Source of the DNA: a virus
Lineage: Duplodnaviria > Caudoviricetes
Length of the DNA stretch: 36,341 nucleotides
IMG/VR virus record: IMGVR_UViG_3300020711_000021
Location: 1-36,341 of that record
Reading direction: 5' to 3' (one strand)
This document shows positions 35,897 to 36,341 of the stretch, piece by piece (position 1 is the stretch's first letter; every line of letters starts with the position of its first letter). Position numbers and translations under genes: made by a program. The notes beneath the pieces are model-generated. The model made no database searches. It was not told the origin of the DNA and was given only the letters and a program-made list of their open reading frames with translations.

Positions 35897-36341
35897 ATGT
35901 TTAAGTTAATACATGAAGAGGAAGAAAAATTACCTCGAAATAAATATATTATAGTAAAAATAGAATTTAATAATGGAGAGAGTATGTATGTTAGTGGAAT
36001 AAATCATAATCTTAATTCTCCAAAAGCGTTTGGAATGAATCATTTTACAAATGCATCAAGACGTAAGGACTTTAATCTTGATTATTATAAAAACAACATT
36101 AAAAGTTTTAATAAAGTAGGAGCATATGATAACTATGAAGATTTTAATAATGAACTAAAAAAACTTAGAGAAGAAGATTTTAGATATAATGAACTGTTAC
36201 CACTAGATAAATATTTTTTACTAAAAGTAACATTCCCCGATAATTCAACCTATTATTTTATTTATAATACTTATAATAAAAAAAATAATCGTAAAATTAA
36301 AAATATTATTAAAGTCTTATCTTTAAATGCTCTAGGTAGTG
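35897..36341 (+). CDS. Hypothetical protein, truncated by the window end
   Basis: ATG 35897; frame open to the end of the window. Confidence 0.7.
   Translation, partial: MFKLIHEEEEKLPRNKYIIVKIEFNNGESMYVSGINHNLNSPKAFGMNHFTNASRRKDFNLDYYKNNIKSFNKVGAYDNYEDFNNELKKLREEDFRYNELLPLDKYFLLKVTFPDNSTYYFIYNTYNKKNNRKIKNIIKVLSLNALGS

Overview
AT-rich, densely coding segment of a large contractile-tailed (myovirus-like) phage, with essentially all genes on the + strand. The host is probably a Bacteroidota bacterium (TTTGG-N19-TATATTTA promoters, no obvious Shine-Dalgarno motifs, Hc1-like histone gene). 1-5.4 kb is an RNA island: 15 tRNAs (including the rare Ile-UAU), a tmRNA with a 26-codon tag, a Ro60/TROVE gene, a cyclic-phosphate-processing receiver-like gene and a YkuK RNase H-like gene. 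The most notable signal is five copies of an unannotated ncRNA scaffold (bulged terminal helix, inner helix, invariant TACTTCG) flanking the Ro60 gene. Each copy carries a different insert: a complete CCA-ending tRNA, an acceptor-less tRNA, or short/long loops. These are candidate modular Y-RNA-like partners of the phage Ro60. 5.4-8.4 kb holds an HD hydrolase and a gp55-like sigma factor. 8.4-23.6 kb is a baseplate/tail module with a decayed Vsr-like nuclease. 23.9-26.1 kb holds a GIY-YIG nuclease, primase and PD-(D/E)XK exonuclease. 26-36 kb holds membrane/lysis candidates and many small proteins with shared N-terminal leaders, a frameshifted gene and a cupin duplication. All calls were made by eye; no searches were run.
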